A DNA stretch of 64,000 nt, taken from positions 1,798,001 to 1,862,000 of the forward strand of contig NW_026250405.1 in the NCBI RefSeq assembly GCF_024521635.1. Direction: 5' to 3'. Positions 11,470 to 23,821 of this stretch are shown here, in pieces. Position 1 is the stretch's first letter. Every line of letters begins with the position of its first letter. The position numbers and the translations under genes were made by a program. The DNA is from Tricharina praecox (taxonomy: Eukaryota). The notes beneath the pieces are model-generated. The model made no database searches and was not told where the DNA came from. It saw only the letters and a program-made list of their open reading frames with translations.

Positions 11470-11982
11470 ATAGCGTTGTCGTGGTTCGAGACGAGTAATG
11501 GTTGGGATGGAAAGAGATGGAAAGGCACTTGACCTCGTGGTATCGGGGGATGTATCGAAAGTTGTCGGGGTGAAGAGAAACTTGTAGTTGCTATCGCTGT
11601 TGTTGGTGTTGTCGTACGGAGAAGCAAGAGAGGACAAGAAGGAGATGGAGAGGATGGATTTGGAAATTTGTGGGGTCGAAGTTGTCGGGGTGCAGAGAAA
11701 CTGTAGTGGCGGTAGCTTTTCTTTGTCGATAATGTAAGGAGAAGGAGGAGAGGAAGGAGAGGAGGGAGAAGGAGGAGAGGTAGGAGAGGGAAAGGATGGC
11801 TCTTGTGATTCGCGGGTTCCTAGCCCATCATACTTGCTCACTCACGCATCTCGGACGCTAGTACACAAACCTTAAATTTTTGGATCCCGAAGGACTATGT
11901 AGGTTGCAAACCTAACCAAGTATAAGACATCGATTTCCATTTCAAGCAAGACAAAGCAAAAACAAATGATATATCCGCACTC

Positions 11983-13540
11983 CTATGCCCTGACCAGGGC
12001 CTCAAACTCCCTCAACCAACCCTTCTCAAACCCTTCCTCTGAGAACCTCTCCGCACTCTTCCTCGCCCTGCGCCTTACCTCCATAACCTCACTCTCAGGC
12101 ATACTCAGAGCCTCCTCGAAAGCAGCCGCAAACTCTTCAACAGTGGTAGCATGGAACCCGGTCTTGCCCCCTTCCACCTCGATAACGATATCCATCTTCG
12201 GCCCCCCGGAGTTGTGGACCACCCCCACCAACCCGGCCGCCTGATACTCCACAACCCCGATACCAAAGTGCTCGTTCCACATAGCATTGACCCCGACCCA
12301 CGCCCTGCCCAACCACAATAGCACATCCGCCCACGGTGCGTCTGTCACAAACTCAACCTGATCCTTAACCATCATCTCTCTCGCCTGCAGACGCAGATCA
12401 TAAACCCTCGTCGCGTCCTCAGAGTGTCTCACACTGCCCACGAGCACCAGCCTCGCATCCTTGTGCGCCTTCGTCTGCTTGTAGAACCTCGCAAAAGCAT
12501 CGATCAGGAGCTTGTGGTTCTTCTCCGGTCGGAACTGCGCGATGCAAAGCAACACCTTTTCCCGCGGCTTATCGTCGCGCGCGGGGATCTTCCGCTGCAG
12601 CTCCGTCACCGCGCACGGAGGGAAGACAACGCTCAGGTTGGGATTCCCCCAAAGCGCGCGGACGTGGCCTGCCGTCCACGAGGAGTTGACCATAACCCGG
12701 TCGACGTACTTTCCACACCCCTTGTAGAGCGTCGCGAATAGCTGCCAGTACTGCCGCTTGATCTTTGTGCGAATGTCGGTGGTTCCTGATGGTAGAGACT
12801 CCAACATGTCGGTTGAGATGGTGGGGTAATGCACGTATGCTGCTGTGGGGATGTTGAAGAGGAGCTTTGCTAAGGCCACAGTGAAGGCGTAGCCCATCGT
12901 GTCGATGTAGATGTCCGGTACGAGTAGGGAGAACGCATCCCATGCGAGCACGAGGGATCCGAGAGACTGGCCGAGGAGCGTGAAGTGAGGCCAGGTCGAG
13001 GCAGCGACATAGCGGCGGGTAGAGAGGTAGAGGAAGATGACTCGTTCCGAGTCGAGAGTAATCGAAAAGCGATCCTATAACCGTGTCGCTGTCAGCCCTA
13101 CTGCCAGGAAAGGGGCAGCAATGTGGATGGGTCGCACCTTAACGCGTGAGAGAATCTGCTCCTTGGACGCATCCTGATCGCCCGTGTAAACAATACTCAT
13201 AACATTTGGGTAATTCTCCTGCACCGCGCGGATGGCGGCCCAAAGAACACGTTCCCCACCACCACCGGCATTACTATCCCCGTGTCAGCAAACCCTCTCC
13301 CCCTCCCACTCACTGTCCACTGTTCCCCCACACATACCAATACGGATGAAAGAACCCCACAATCTTCCCGTCGCCCCCCGCTCCCAGCTTCCTAAGAATA
13401 ACCTCGCGCTTTGCCGCAGTGCGCCGGAGGAGATGCGAACCGAGGCGTCGCAGGAGAAAGCCCAAAACCACGTAGTAGAAAAAGAATGATAGCACCAGCG
13501 CGCCGATAGCGCTGCTGCCGACAGTTGAGGCGAGGGACAT
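11983..13540 (-). CDS. ALG11: GDP-Man:Man3GlcNAc2-PP-Dol alpha-1,2-mannosyltransferase
   Basis: N-terminal TM segment. The signature [18 protein letters not shown] is rebuilt across intron 13337-13274; second intron at 13137-13075. Also [33 protein letters not shown] and [13 protein letters not shown]. Confidence 0.95.
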
Positions 13541-13845
13541 GATGAATTGTCCCTATGTCGAGTCGCGCGTGTAGTGGTACGGTGTGCACGAGGGTTGGCG
13601 CATGGACACTCTAGAGTAGCTGCTGAGGGAGCTGTGGATGACGTAGAACAGGGCGAGGGTTCGGAGAGCGGGTAAATCTGCGGATCGGGATACCCGAGCT
13701 TCCGGGCTCCTTCGATCGGCCTTCTTGCACACCACGCTTGTGGTAACTAGGGAATCAATAGGTTGCGCACATAAAGATGAGATTTATTTACTCAAGTGCA
13801 CTGGAAAAAATGTGGGTTTATTGCTAAAGGCTGGGGAACTACTGC

Positions 13846-14100
13846 GAGACCCAAAAACGTGTGAAGGTTCAAAACCGTGCTCAATTCGAGAAAAAGTTCC
13901 GAAGCAATGATGATGACACAAGGTGATGACCCGATGCTGATCAGAGACCGACGATAGGAAGACAGCAGTAGTGACAACGGAGACAGATAAACGTTGAATG
14001 GCAGCATCGGGTCTGGATCAGGTTCCACCAGGTCTGAATAAGGTCTCCTCGCTTCGGCGCTCACCGATGACACCAAGCCGCCTCTGCCTCCGTGCCCCTC
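13846..14100 (+). repeat. Dispersed repeat family B, copy 2
   Basis: Direct, diverged copy of 9281-9535. Confidence 0.85.
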
Positions 14101-14496
14101 AGTGTGTATTCTTCGAGATTGGTTGAAGCCGGCAGTCCTCTGGATCAATAACATCCCTTTTTGATAGTATTCATCACTCATAAGTACCTTCGAAGAGTTG
14201 GCAAATACATAAATTCAGACACGAGAAACCTACTTAAGTACTCAAAGAAAATGGAACTGAACAGCAATAGATTCATGCAAACGATTGCGAACCGAATGAA
14301 GCATCGGCACACTCGTAAGTACCCCCTAAAGCGTTCGCCCCTCTCACTCCTCCCTAACTCCCTCACTCCATAGAAACATCGAAAGCAAATACATGCGATA
14401 AATAGGATTATATGAAAAGCAGTACGAGAATATGTCGTGTCATCGAACTAAATGCAAACTACATAAGCAAATGTGAAGATTTATATTATGTGGCCC

Positions 14497-16327
14497 TCAG
14501 ATCAGGGAATTGTCCGCACAGGAGAAGACCATTCCTCCGGCTTCGCGCTTCATAGCTTCCCCGGAAGAGTAGAGTCCGAGAATCATCTAGAATCTTTAGT
14601 ACGTAGAGAGAAATGGTGGAGTTCCTGGTACTCACGATGGTTACACCTAGGGGAATGATGGCAGCATTGAGGATGGTCAACATTGTGTTCCACTTTGTCT
14701 TGAACCAATTGCCCCTGTTCATAAAGAGCCAGAGATATCCGCTGACGCCGTCTGCGACGTTTTAGCAGCTGAATCCGCACCTTCAATAGAGGAAACTTAC
14801 AGGTGAACCACGAGAGGAAGAGCGCGCTCTGAGGAACAAATCAGCATCCACCCACCGGAAAGGAAACCCAAAGACCTACGATCAAGCCCAACAGATTGTT
14901 GAACACGGGAATGGCGCTGGCGATGATCCAGGCCACGAGCCAGAGAGCGGAAAGAATAGCGACCCAGATGGAGTATGACTTCCAGCAAGTCGAACGGACC
15001 AGCTCCCTTGGGACCAGACGGATGTAGAGGTATTTCTCCTTGACGTCAGTGTTTTTCTTGCGGTTCACTGAGGAATGGCGCTTACAACGGCGACATGACC
15101 ATTGATGACACCGGCAATGACGATGGTCGGCAGGGCGATGCCGTATGCGATCTTTGCCAGCAATGGGCCCGTGCTCCCGAGTGCGGGAGATCTGACGTCG
15201 TCGCCGGTGTAACAGTAGATGACGACAGCGGTGACGGTATAAAGGATCGTGTCGGTGATTTGAAGGGTGTAGAGTGCCTGGGCGAATGATTAGTCCCTGG
15301 ATGAGCTTCTTCCAATTGAGATTACCTTGTGGAACTCCTTCGGATCCTTCATCTCGGAGAACAGGGTGAAAAAGGCGACATGCCCAGCTACTTTTGTCAG
15401 TCCCGTATCATGCTGCATCAGCCGCGGCCGAACTCACCATAGGCAAAAATGATATTCGTCACAGCTCCAAAGCCCTCATACAGTTTAATTCCAGAGTTGA
15501 AGATGCGAAGAGAGACATCCTTATCAGAAACACCGACACCGATCATGCAGATGAAGACGGCTGCCAAAACAGACGCGGATGAGAGGTAGGACATGTACGA
15601 CATCGCCTTCATGGTCCTGGGCAATGTGCAGATCAATGAGATGGCGAAACCCGCAATCGTGAACCAGATTGTGCAGGTGGCGTGATCGGTGAGCACGTTC
15701 ATCATGATGGAGAAACTGAGGATGTGGGCGCCCATGACGAACACTAGAAGCGCAGGTCAGTATGGTGGGGTTTGATCAAGACATCAGGAGTTTTATCCCA
15801 CCTAGAAAAAGTAGCTGTCCCAGTGCGAAGATCTCATATCCCCATCGTCCAGCAATAATGCCTCCCGCTTCCGCGAAAGTGTGGACCTGTGGGTATCGTA
15901 GTTTGAACTGGCCAAGAACATATCCGGTGTATGTTGCGAGGATTCCTAGGCCGACCAGTAGAATGATGCCGCTATGAGGGTATTAGAATCGACATCCAGC
16001 CGGAAGTGGGGTATACTGACGGTATCAATCCAACCGCCTTCAAGGTACTCGGTAGGCTCAGGATTCCTAGGGAGACCGTCTCGGCGATCATTACAAACGC
16101 CGTCTGACTATTTTACATCAGTTAGCACATACAGACGTTGTTGATGCAAAAGAAATTGACACTCACCACCAGGTCATGGTCTTGTACTTGATGCCAGCGC
16201 CCTCCTCATTCCCAAACGGGTCTTCGCCAGCGCTCGTTACCTTTCGTATCTTCCCCGCCTCCTCCTCCTCTGCTGTGTCATTGATTGTTTCAATGTTCTC
16301 ATCGTCTTTTCTGACAGGGTTGGCCAT
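14497..16327 (-). CDS. Neutral amino-acid permease (Aa_trans/AAAP family, Neurospora mtr-like), multi-exon
   Basis: DPFGNEEGAGIKYKTMTWW, IAETVSLGILSLP, IGQ-like VLGQFKLRYP, AGHVAFF, AYGIALPT, WIIASAIPVFNNLLGLI and C-terminal FSCADNSLI*. About nine short GT-AG introns. Confidence 0.9.
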
Positions 16328-17710
16328 GATCGGTTCGGTGGATTCGGTTGACTCTTTTGAGATCGTTGTGGGGAGTTGTGGGAGTACTGGAGGGTGAGGG
16401 GCTGTTGCTCGGGATAGAACTGGCCTCTTCTGGTGGGTGGCTTTGGGGGCTTCCATCAAATTCTAAAGCTTATCGAGTAAGTTTGTGTGTGCATGCAACT
16501 GGAAGGTGTTTGTGCCAATGGAAGTGTAATCGAGGGCAGTCGGCGGAAAGTCGGAGAGGAGAAGAAGGAATTTGAAATATAGATCTGGGGGAAATGGGGG
16601 TGCACGACGAGACTTTATCGTTTTCCATCCAGGGCCCAGGGCCCCAGAAGCCCAGGACACGATACGGGCTACAGAGGAGCGTAGGAGGCGTCAGATGAGC
16701 AGTGAGCAGGTGATGATAACAGAGCAGGGCGGGGCGGTAAGTTGTAAGTATAATATTGACTTCCCAGGCGTGTTCACAGGACTCTCTGGGAGGTGATGTT
16801 GATGTCACGATTGGATTGCGGCCTCGACCAAGCGCAACTACGTAAAGCTTAAGACATGACTTAATACACGCTGGTCAATTGTATCCGAGGAGTGGCCGTT
16901 AGATTTCCGTAACTTGGAGAAATCTGACACGGATAGTGGGAATAGATATGGGTGAAGTTGCTTTATGTACGGCTCGATTGCTCCGCAATCGTAGATGACA
17001 GGTGGAGAAGGTTATGATGGTCTTACGTTGCATAGTTAGGCTCTAGCCCGGATCAGGTCAGATGGTATACACGCCCTCGTCTCTGTCAAAACATGATAGT
17101 AACCGGTGAAGGCAAACGTAGCGACCGAGTTTCTCCAGAGATGGACAAAGCGGCCGACGTTTCCGCAGTGCACCATGTAATCGCGCCATCGAGGGAGTGG
17201 ATTTGGTCAGCCGAATAGCTGCCGAAAGGCTTATCTATGCGGATTTGGTATATTTGTTTGGTCGGGCTACTTGTAGATAAACTCGGTAGGCGATAACGCT
17301 GACAATTCCTATTGCGATAAACGTTGGTGGTCTTGAGTTTAATGGGCGGCCGACGCAACGAGTCGTGGACGATGATGTTTCAATATATCACTCGTTCCTG
17401 AATCATGATAGAAGGTACAGACCATCACCTATTTCCTACACTATCAGTCTTGTCTCTATGTGCAGAAGTACTTCTTACATCTCGTAGTAATTCCAAAAGA
17501 TGTTTAACGACTGGGTAACTATGAGTGATCTACAGTGTCCCTGTGCCAAATCGAGCCTAGTCGGTGTACCTTGAAAGAGGGTTGCACGTGACATCAGGCC
17601 TCAACGCTGATCCACAGCGATACCCCACAAAATCTTCCTTAGTTCATGCTCCCCCCACCCCCGCCATCATCCAAAGCACCACCACGACAAAGTACCCCAC
17701 ACATACCGTC

Positions 17711-19773
17711 ATGTCAGGTCGCGCCGTCCGCAAAGCGCTCCGTCAGCGCGAAGCCGAGCTTCTGCAGGCTCGAACACCGACAGAGGAAGCGTCGGAAAGC
17801 GAGGAAGAGCCCGAGGCAGCACCCCCGAAACCGAGCTTGTTTGCACTCCTCAAAGATGCGAACGATGATGACGAGGGGGATATAGACGATGATGATGAGC
17901 AAGTAGAGTCGGAACCCCAGCCCGTAGAGCTTGCATCGAAGAAGTCAAAGAATAAGAAGAAGAAGAAGAAGAAGAAGGATAAAGGGAAGGCACTCGCGAC
18001 GGAGGATACCGAAGCAGTAGACGAAGACGACATTGACCGAGCTTTGCGAGAGCTAAACATCAAGACTCAAGCTCACGACGCGTCCGCCCCTATTGTGACA
18101 TCATCAAATGCGGCTCCGGGGCAGATATCGCTGTCGTCAGTATTGAAGATTGATTCTCGGAACCTCGATGCTGGAAATGAGATGAAGAGGCTGTTTGGGA
18201 GAAACGCGATGCGGCCGGATGACAACGAAGGGGAAACCCTCGGACGGCGACGGGATCTTCGGATGCGGTTACCTCCGGGCGTTGCGGGAGGGCGGGCGCT
18301 TACCAAAGGACGGAGAAATACTTTCGTACAACCCAAAGACGAGTGGCCGAAGGCAGGGAGCGGGGGGTTGGGTATGGAGATTGACGACTCGGATCCAGCG
18401 ACAGGAGTGACAACATACAAGTTTGTCCACAGCCGGTCATATCAGAGTGTGCAACAACAGTTCGTGATGTGTGTTGCAGCTATGGGTGAGCTTCCAAAGC
18501 ATGCCAGCTTTCCCCACAACTGCTGACTTCGGTAGACCCCGAACGGATGAATGTGCTCCTTCAGCACAATCCATACCACATCACAACGTTGCTACAATGT
18601 TCCGAGATCTTCCACCATCAGCGGGACTTTACCGTTGCTGGCGACCTCCTCGAGCGCGCGCTCTTCTCCCTCGGGCGGTCTCTTCATTCCTCATTCCAAC
18701 AAAAGCTTGCCGAAGGATCCGCACGACTGTCATTCCGTCGACCCGAGAACCGAGAACTCTTTCTCTGTGTCTGGCGTTACATCACGAATTTGTCTCAGCG
18801 CGGCACATGGCGAACGGCAGAGGAGTTTGCACGACTACTGCTGGCCATGGATCCGGAGGGAGATCCATACGAGATGTGCCTCATCATTGATTTTCTTGCC
18901 CTGAAGGCCCGACAACCAGAGCGTTTTCTAGCACTTACAGAGCACCCAACCCTCCGCCGGAAGTATGCCGATCTCCCCAATATCGCGTTTTCCTCAGCCC
19001 TCGCCCAGCTCCAACTCGGTGATGAGAGTCTTGCCACAGAATACCTCTCGAAAGCGATCACTAGATTCCCTTGGATCCCCACAATGCTGTATCAAGAGCT
19101 CGGGGTCAGCACTCAACTCCCACCAGCACTCTGGGGGGTCCCACCGCCCGATGACAACCCTCGCCAACAGATCCTTGCAAGTTTGTATATCGAACGCACT
19201 AAGGACCTCTGGAAGCAGCCCGCCTTCACCACATTCCTAGTCAACACCTGTTCGACGATCTACAACCTCCCCAAAACGCGGCTACTCGGCTCTTCGTCCC
19301 CATCAGTATCAATGTCCCTAGCGCGGCACGTGATGCTCACCGCCATGCCGTCGCTGATCACGCTCCTCCCCCGCGAGATCACCTCACGGGATACATCCTC
19401 ATTCGACCCACTCCCGCCGGACGACGACCTCCTCAGCTACGAAGCAGAACCGCCCAACCTCGCTCCGATGATCCGGGAGACCGCCGGCGGCGGAAACGCG
19501 TTCTCGGCATTTGTGATGAGTATCATCCCCTGGTTCCGCGTCGGCGAGGACGGCGAGATCGATGGTAGACAGATGAATGAAACCGAGAGGGCCCAGTATA
19601 GAGATATTCGCCAGCAGCTGGAGCAGGCGGGATATCCGGATGATGCGTTGCGCCGCATGGGCGATGAGGCGTATGAGGTGCAGAGAATCATGCGCGAACA
19701 GCAGGAGGATGGACAGGCGGAGGGGAGGGGACAGGTTGAGGGAGCGGGGCGGGCGGAGGAGGAAGAGACGTAG
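17711..19773 (+). CDS. RQC1: Ribosome quality control complex subunit, TCF25/Nulp1 family
   Basis: MSGRAVRKALR start, Lys/acidic N-terminus, NLDAGNEMKRLFG, YKFVHSRSYQ, LLQHNPYHITTLLQ, FRRPENRELFL, RGTWRTAEEFARLLLAMDP. Intron at 18486-18535. Confidence 0.9.
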
Positions 19774-20701
19774 ATGGAGGGGCGTTTATCCTAGATCATT
19801 TGGTGGAGGTGTGTTGTAGCATAGAGCTATCATACGTCTTGGGCATCTCGGACTTCGTTAGGCCCGAATGAAGGTATTCGGCACGACATCGGCCACAGTC
19901 GTAAGTCTTGAAACAAGGCAAGCGATGAGACGTGACAATACAGACAGACATCTGTTTTGGGCTGATCTACTAGGTGTCTGGTACATCGCGTCAATCAAGC
20001 ATGAGCAAATTTCTTCGTAGCCGGTGGTTTGAGTTTCGCTCGCTATGCTGGTGCCTCGGTCACTACCTTTTCATGTAGCCTGAACGGTTGGTGAGCACGC
20101 CGTTAGGCTCCAAGCAACATGTATGGAGAAAATATCTTACCCTAGCTGCCATGGATAAGTACCCGTGGATAAAGCGAGCGAAGTGAGTGAGTGAGGATTT
20201 GGCGCGGGACAGGCCAGTGCGATTTCATGGTCATATTTGATGATTTCCAAATATAGTCGAGTGACATCGAGTGAGATCTCCAGAACTTCGTCGTGAACCC
20301 CACGTGACTCTGGTCTAAACCAAGAAGCACGAATGGGAACAGCAAGTTACATCCAGGATAACACGAGAGTGTCAACTGTGCAAACAGCTACAGAGAATCG
20401 CATCTGCAATCGTCTCATTTGTTTGTTTTGGGTTTCCGGCGACCATCCCTAAGCCACTAGTAGCATCTGAATTGCTGCCATTAAGCTTCGGCTTCCGGCA
20501 TGAATTTAACACTTGGGGGCGCAAGTCACTGTGCCCACTCGGATTTCAGTATCCACCCAGGTATATTCCTCAATTCTCAGCCACAGTGCTCAACACTACC
20601 GGCGCTAGCTACCATATATCCACCAACCCCCTTCCTCCCCCCCATATTTCATCATTCCTTCATTCCTTCACTATCCACCCAGAGGCAGAGGGATCTAGAG
20701 A

Positions 20702-21103
20702 TCAATAGGAAACCCCGGGTGCCCCGCACACTGTGTGTTCGCGTAATCCGCGACGGCCGTAAGCTCCGCCGCGGTGCAGGCGGCCGCAACACACGCCGTC
20801 ACGCTGGCGATGTAGGTGGCGTCCTCGCAGAGGCAGTCGTAGTCTGTGCACTGGTGTTAGAATGTGATACGGGTCAAGGGGGAAGTAGGGGGAGGGGGGA
20901 AGGGGGTACCGAGACCGCAGTCGGAGGCGTCGGCGGCGGCGAGGAAGCAGGTCAGGGAGCTGGTGGAGGTTAGTGTGAGGCGGAGGAGGGGGTGGGGAGT
21001 GGGGAGTGGGAGGGAAAGGGGAGTACCAGGTGGGAGGTAGCGTCTGGGCGCTGGTGAGGCCGAGAATGCTGGCGAAGACGGCGGCGATGAGGGTAAACTG
21101 CAT
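20702..21103 (-). CDS. Small secreted CFEM-domain protein (~87 aa, 3 exons)
   Basis: Signal peptide MQFTLIAAVFASILGLTSA. The spliced product PTCSLTC...DCGLDYDCLC...TACVAAC...TVC has the 8-Cys CFEM spacing. Two introns with CTAAC branch sites. Confidence 0.85.
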   Translation of the reverse strand: MQFTLIAAVFASILGLTSAQTLPPTWYSPFPPTPHSPPPPPPHTNLHQLPDLLPRRRRRLRLRSRYPLPPSPYFPLDPYHILTPVHRLRLPLRGRHLHRQRDGVCCGRLHRGGAYGRRGLREHTVCGAPGVSY

Positions 21104-23596
21104 TTTTATGGTGGTGCCGGTAAGAGTGAGAGTGGTGTTTGTTCTGCGAGTGGAAGGCAGTTGATCGGGCTGGTTGATGGGATGAGATGAACTTCGCGGT
21201 GCGAGAGCGTCCTTTTATACCCTTCTTTCTCCATGTTCGAGGCATGCTCTGGCTCCCCACTCCAGCCCAAGGCAAGTCCATTCAGCTTCTGATTCCCGAG
21301 GCTTCAGCAGCTGATGATCACGATGCGGTATATTCTGCTCAGCCAACAGCTACATACAGAACTACTATTTCATCAATTCCAAGGCACAACATCACCGCAA
21401 GGCAAACTAGGTAGACACACGGAACTGTACATAACATGTGTACCTAAGGCCTTGCAGACTCTCGACATTCCCGCATCCCCAGAGTTCAACGCCCAAACAG
21501 AAACAGCGGGGTGCATGAAGTACGGACGTACCTGATCGGAAGTATCACCTCCGACATCTCGCTAGATGTAGAAAGCCCCGTCCCCACAGCATTCTAAGCG
21601 ACATCTGCCTACGTACAATGTGTCCCATGTGAAGCCGTAGGACCGAATACTTGCCCCACAGAGGAAGATCTGCAAGCAACAGCTGTCAATGCCACCTTAA
21701 CGAGACTTCTGGGCGATGTACCTACCTACCTACTCGATGCGTGCGAGACGAGGACGTCGATCATCGCTAAGTCCGAGGGCGGGAGGTCCCGGAGCGCGAC
21801 TGCGGGGATTGGGAACATGTGATGCTCGTCTGGACACTGCAGAGCCGGATCCGTGGCTAAGGTACCGTTGAGGCACCTATGCACCTGCACGCACTCGAAA
21901 TCTCCTACAGTTGCTAGGTAGTCTGGTGAGAGGTTTTATGTGAACTATGATCTCCAGTTTTCCTACGTAAACACCTAGGTACCAACGTTCGTGCACAATC
22001 GAATCCTGAGCGCAGGTCCAACTACTCGCCCCTGCTGCACTGCTGATCTCGGGGGTCGGGAGATGGTACGCCACAGCCGCTCGCTTCCCCGCATTTTATT
22101 TGTTGCCGTCCATCCGACCATGTGTGAGTGTGGCGAATCGGGAAGGCAGGTAATCTTTCACATGTCCCGACCGGAATCATGATCCTAACCTCAGACCGAG
22201 TAGAGTACCTTCTAAGGAAGAAACGAGTAGCGGAAGAAATTTATATCATGCCTGGGCTCGACTGTCTCTTTGACCTCGTCGTCTCGTTGTTTCGCTACAT
22301 GCGTTCGTCTGGTTTTTTTCGGTTTTCGGTTTTCTTTTTGGTTTTGGTTTTGGTTTAATATCTGGATCATGGCATACCCACTCGGTTTCCTTACCCACTT
22401 CACTGTCCAACCCGACTTTCGTCAGGCGTGCATAAATGGCAGTTTTCGAATCGCTACGCAGTAGTCGCATCTTGCTATCCGCATCGACTTTTGTTCTTCT
22501 CTCCACGTCTACTCTCCTACCCCCCTCGAGCTCATCGGCACTCGCGACCTGCCTTGGCTTTCCTGTCCTCAGTCCCGACCTGTCCCATCGATAGAAGTAG
22601 AGAGCACCAAGGAAATAGTACTAAAGAAATATAACTTCCTTTCGCTACTCCGCCTCGCCCTCTGCCCGTGCATCAGAACATGCCATGAAGGAGGATGTGC
22701 GGAGTAGGTAATAGCGGGAGTGACCCCGACTCCTCAATCTCAGCGCCCTCAGGGCCATGAAGAGCATGAAGGCTGTATGCGACGATGCAAAAGAATAGAA
22801 GACAGAGAAAAGTAGGAGTGGCATTGAATAGGCAATAAGACGCATAATATCTACACCCACCGATCGATAATCAGCGAGTGAGTTTACGTGAGTCGCTCTT
22901 GGCCACACTCGCCGAAGCAGCCGCACGACTTATTACCTACATATACAACACATGTTACGAAAGCCAGATTCCACTTCTTACGTAGATCCCTCTTACATAT
23001 CTGAACCCGGCAATTACTCTAGTGAATGGTACATAGAAGCTGCTCCAGCAACCGAGACGAATCATGAAAACATACTCGTCCGCCTACCCGCACGCGGCGT
23101 TTCAACAGCGTGGGTATGTAAACGCGGCACACGCGCGGACGGCCTCCGCCGCTCTGGCCTCCCGTACGAAACTCGGAAGTCGAGCAGTTCATTTATCATG
23201 CCCGTACGGTTCGGCTCGAGTGCCGTTGCACAGCCACCCACCCACAACGATGATCATTGATGGCATGATCCATCAACCTTGAAGGCTTGAACCGCTGTCG
23301 ATCTGAAACGTTAGCTTGGGCTATTTTTAGACCCGAATAATGTAACATGCTATAGTAGACTCTAGTTTTAACAGTAACATGCCAACAATGTTTCCGTTCG
23401 ACACTAGGCCGGCACCAACCGTTCAACGTCGACGGTGAAGGTGCACTGCCCCACTACTAGAAACCTGGATTTAACTAACTGCACTCTGAGAGCCTAGAGG
23501 GAGTGCGAATCTGGGATGCATATTGCAAAAATTATGCGGGATAGATAGATCTAGATATAGATTGGAGGATATCTTGGTTCGGAATATTCGTGTAGA

Positions 23597-23821
23597 TTGT
23601 GTAGGTTGTGTAGGTTGTGTAGGTTGTGTAGGTTGTGTAGGTTGTGTAGGTTGTGTAGGTTGTGTAGGTTGTATGGGTTGTATGGGTTGTGTAGGTTGTG
23701 TAGGTTGTGTAGGTTGTGTAGGTTGTGTGGGTTGTGTAGGTTGTGTAGGTTGTGTGGGTTGTGTAGGTTGTGTGGGTTGTGTAGGTTGTGTGGGTTGTGT
23801 AGGTTGTGTGGGTTGTGTAGG
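23597..23821 (+). repeat. 9-bp minisatellite (TTGTGTAGG) x ~25
   Basis: Direct reading; variants TTGTATGGG and TTGTGTGGG. Confidence 0.95.
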
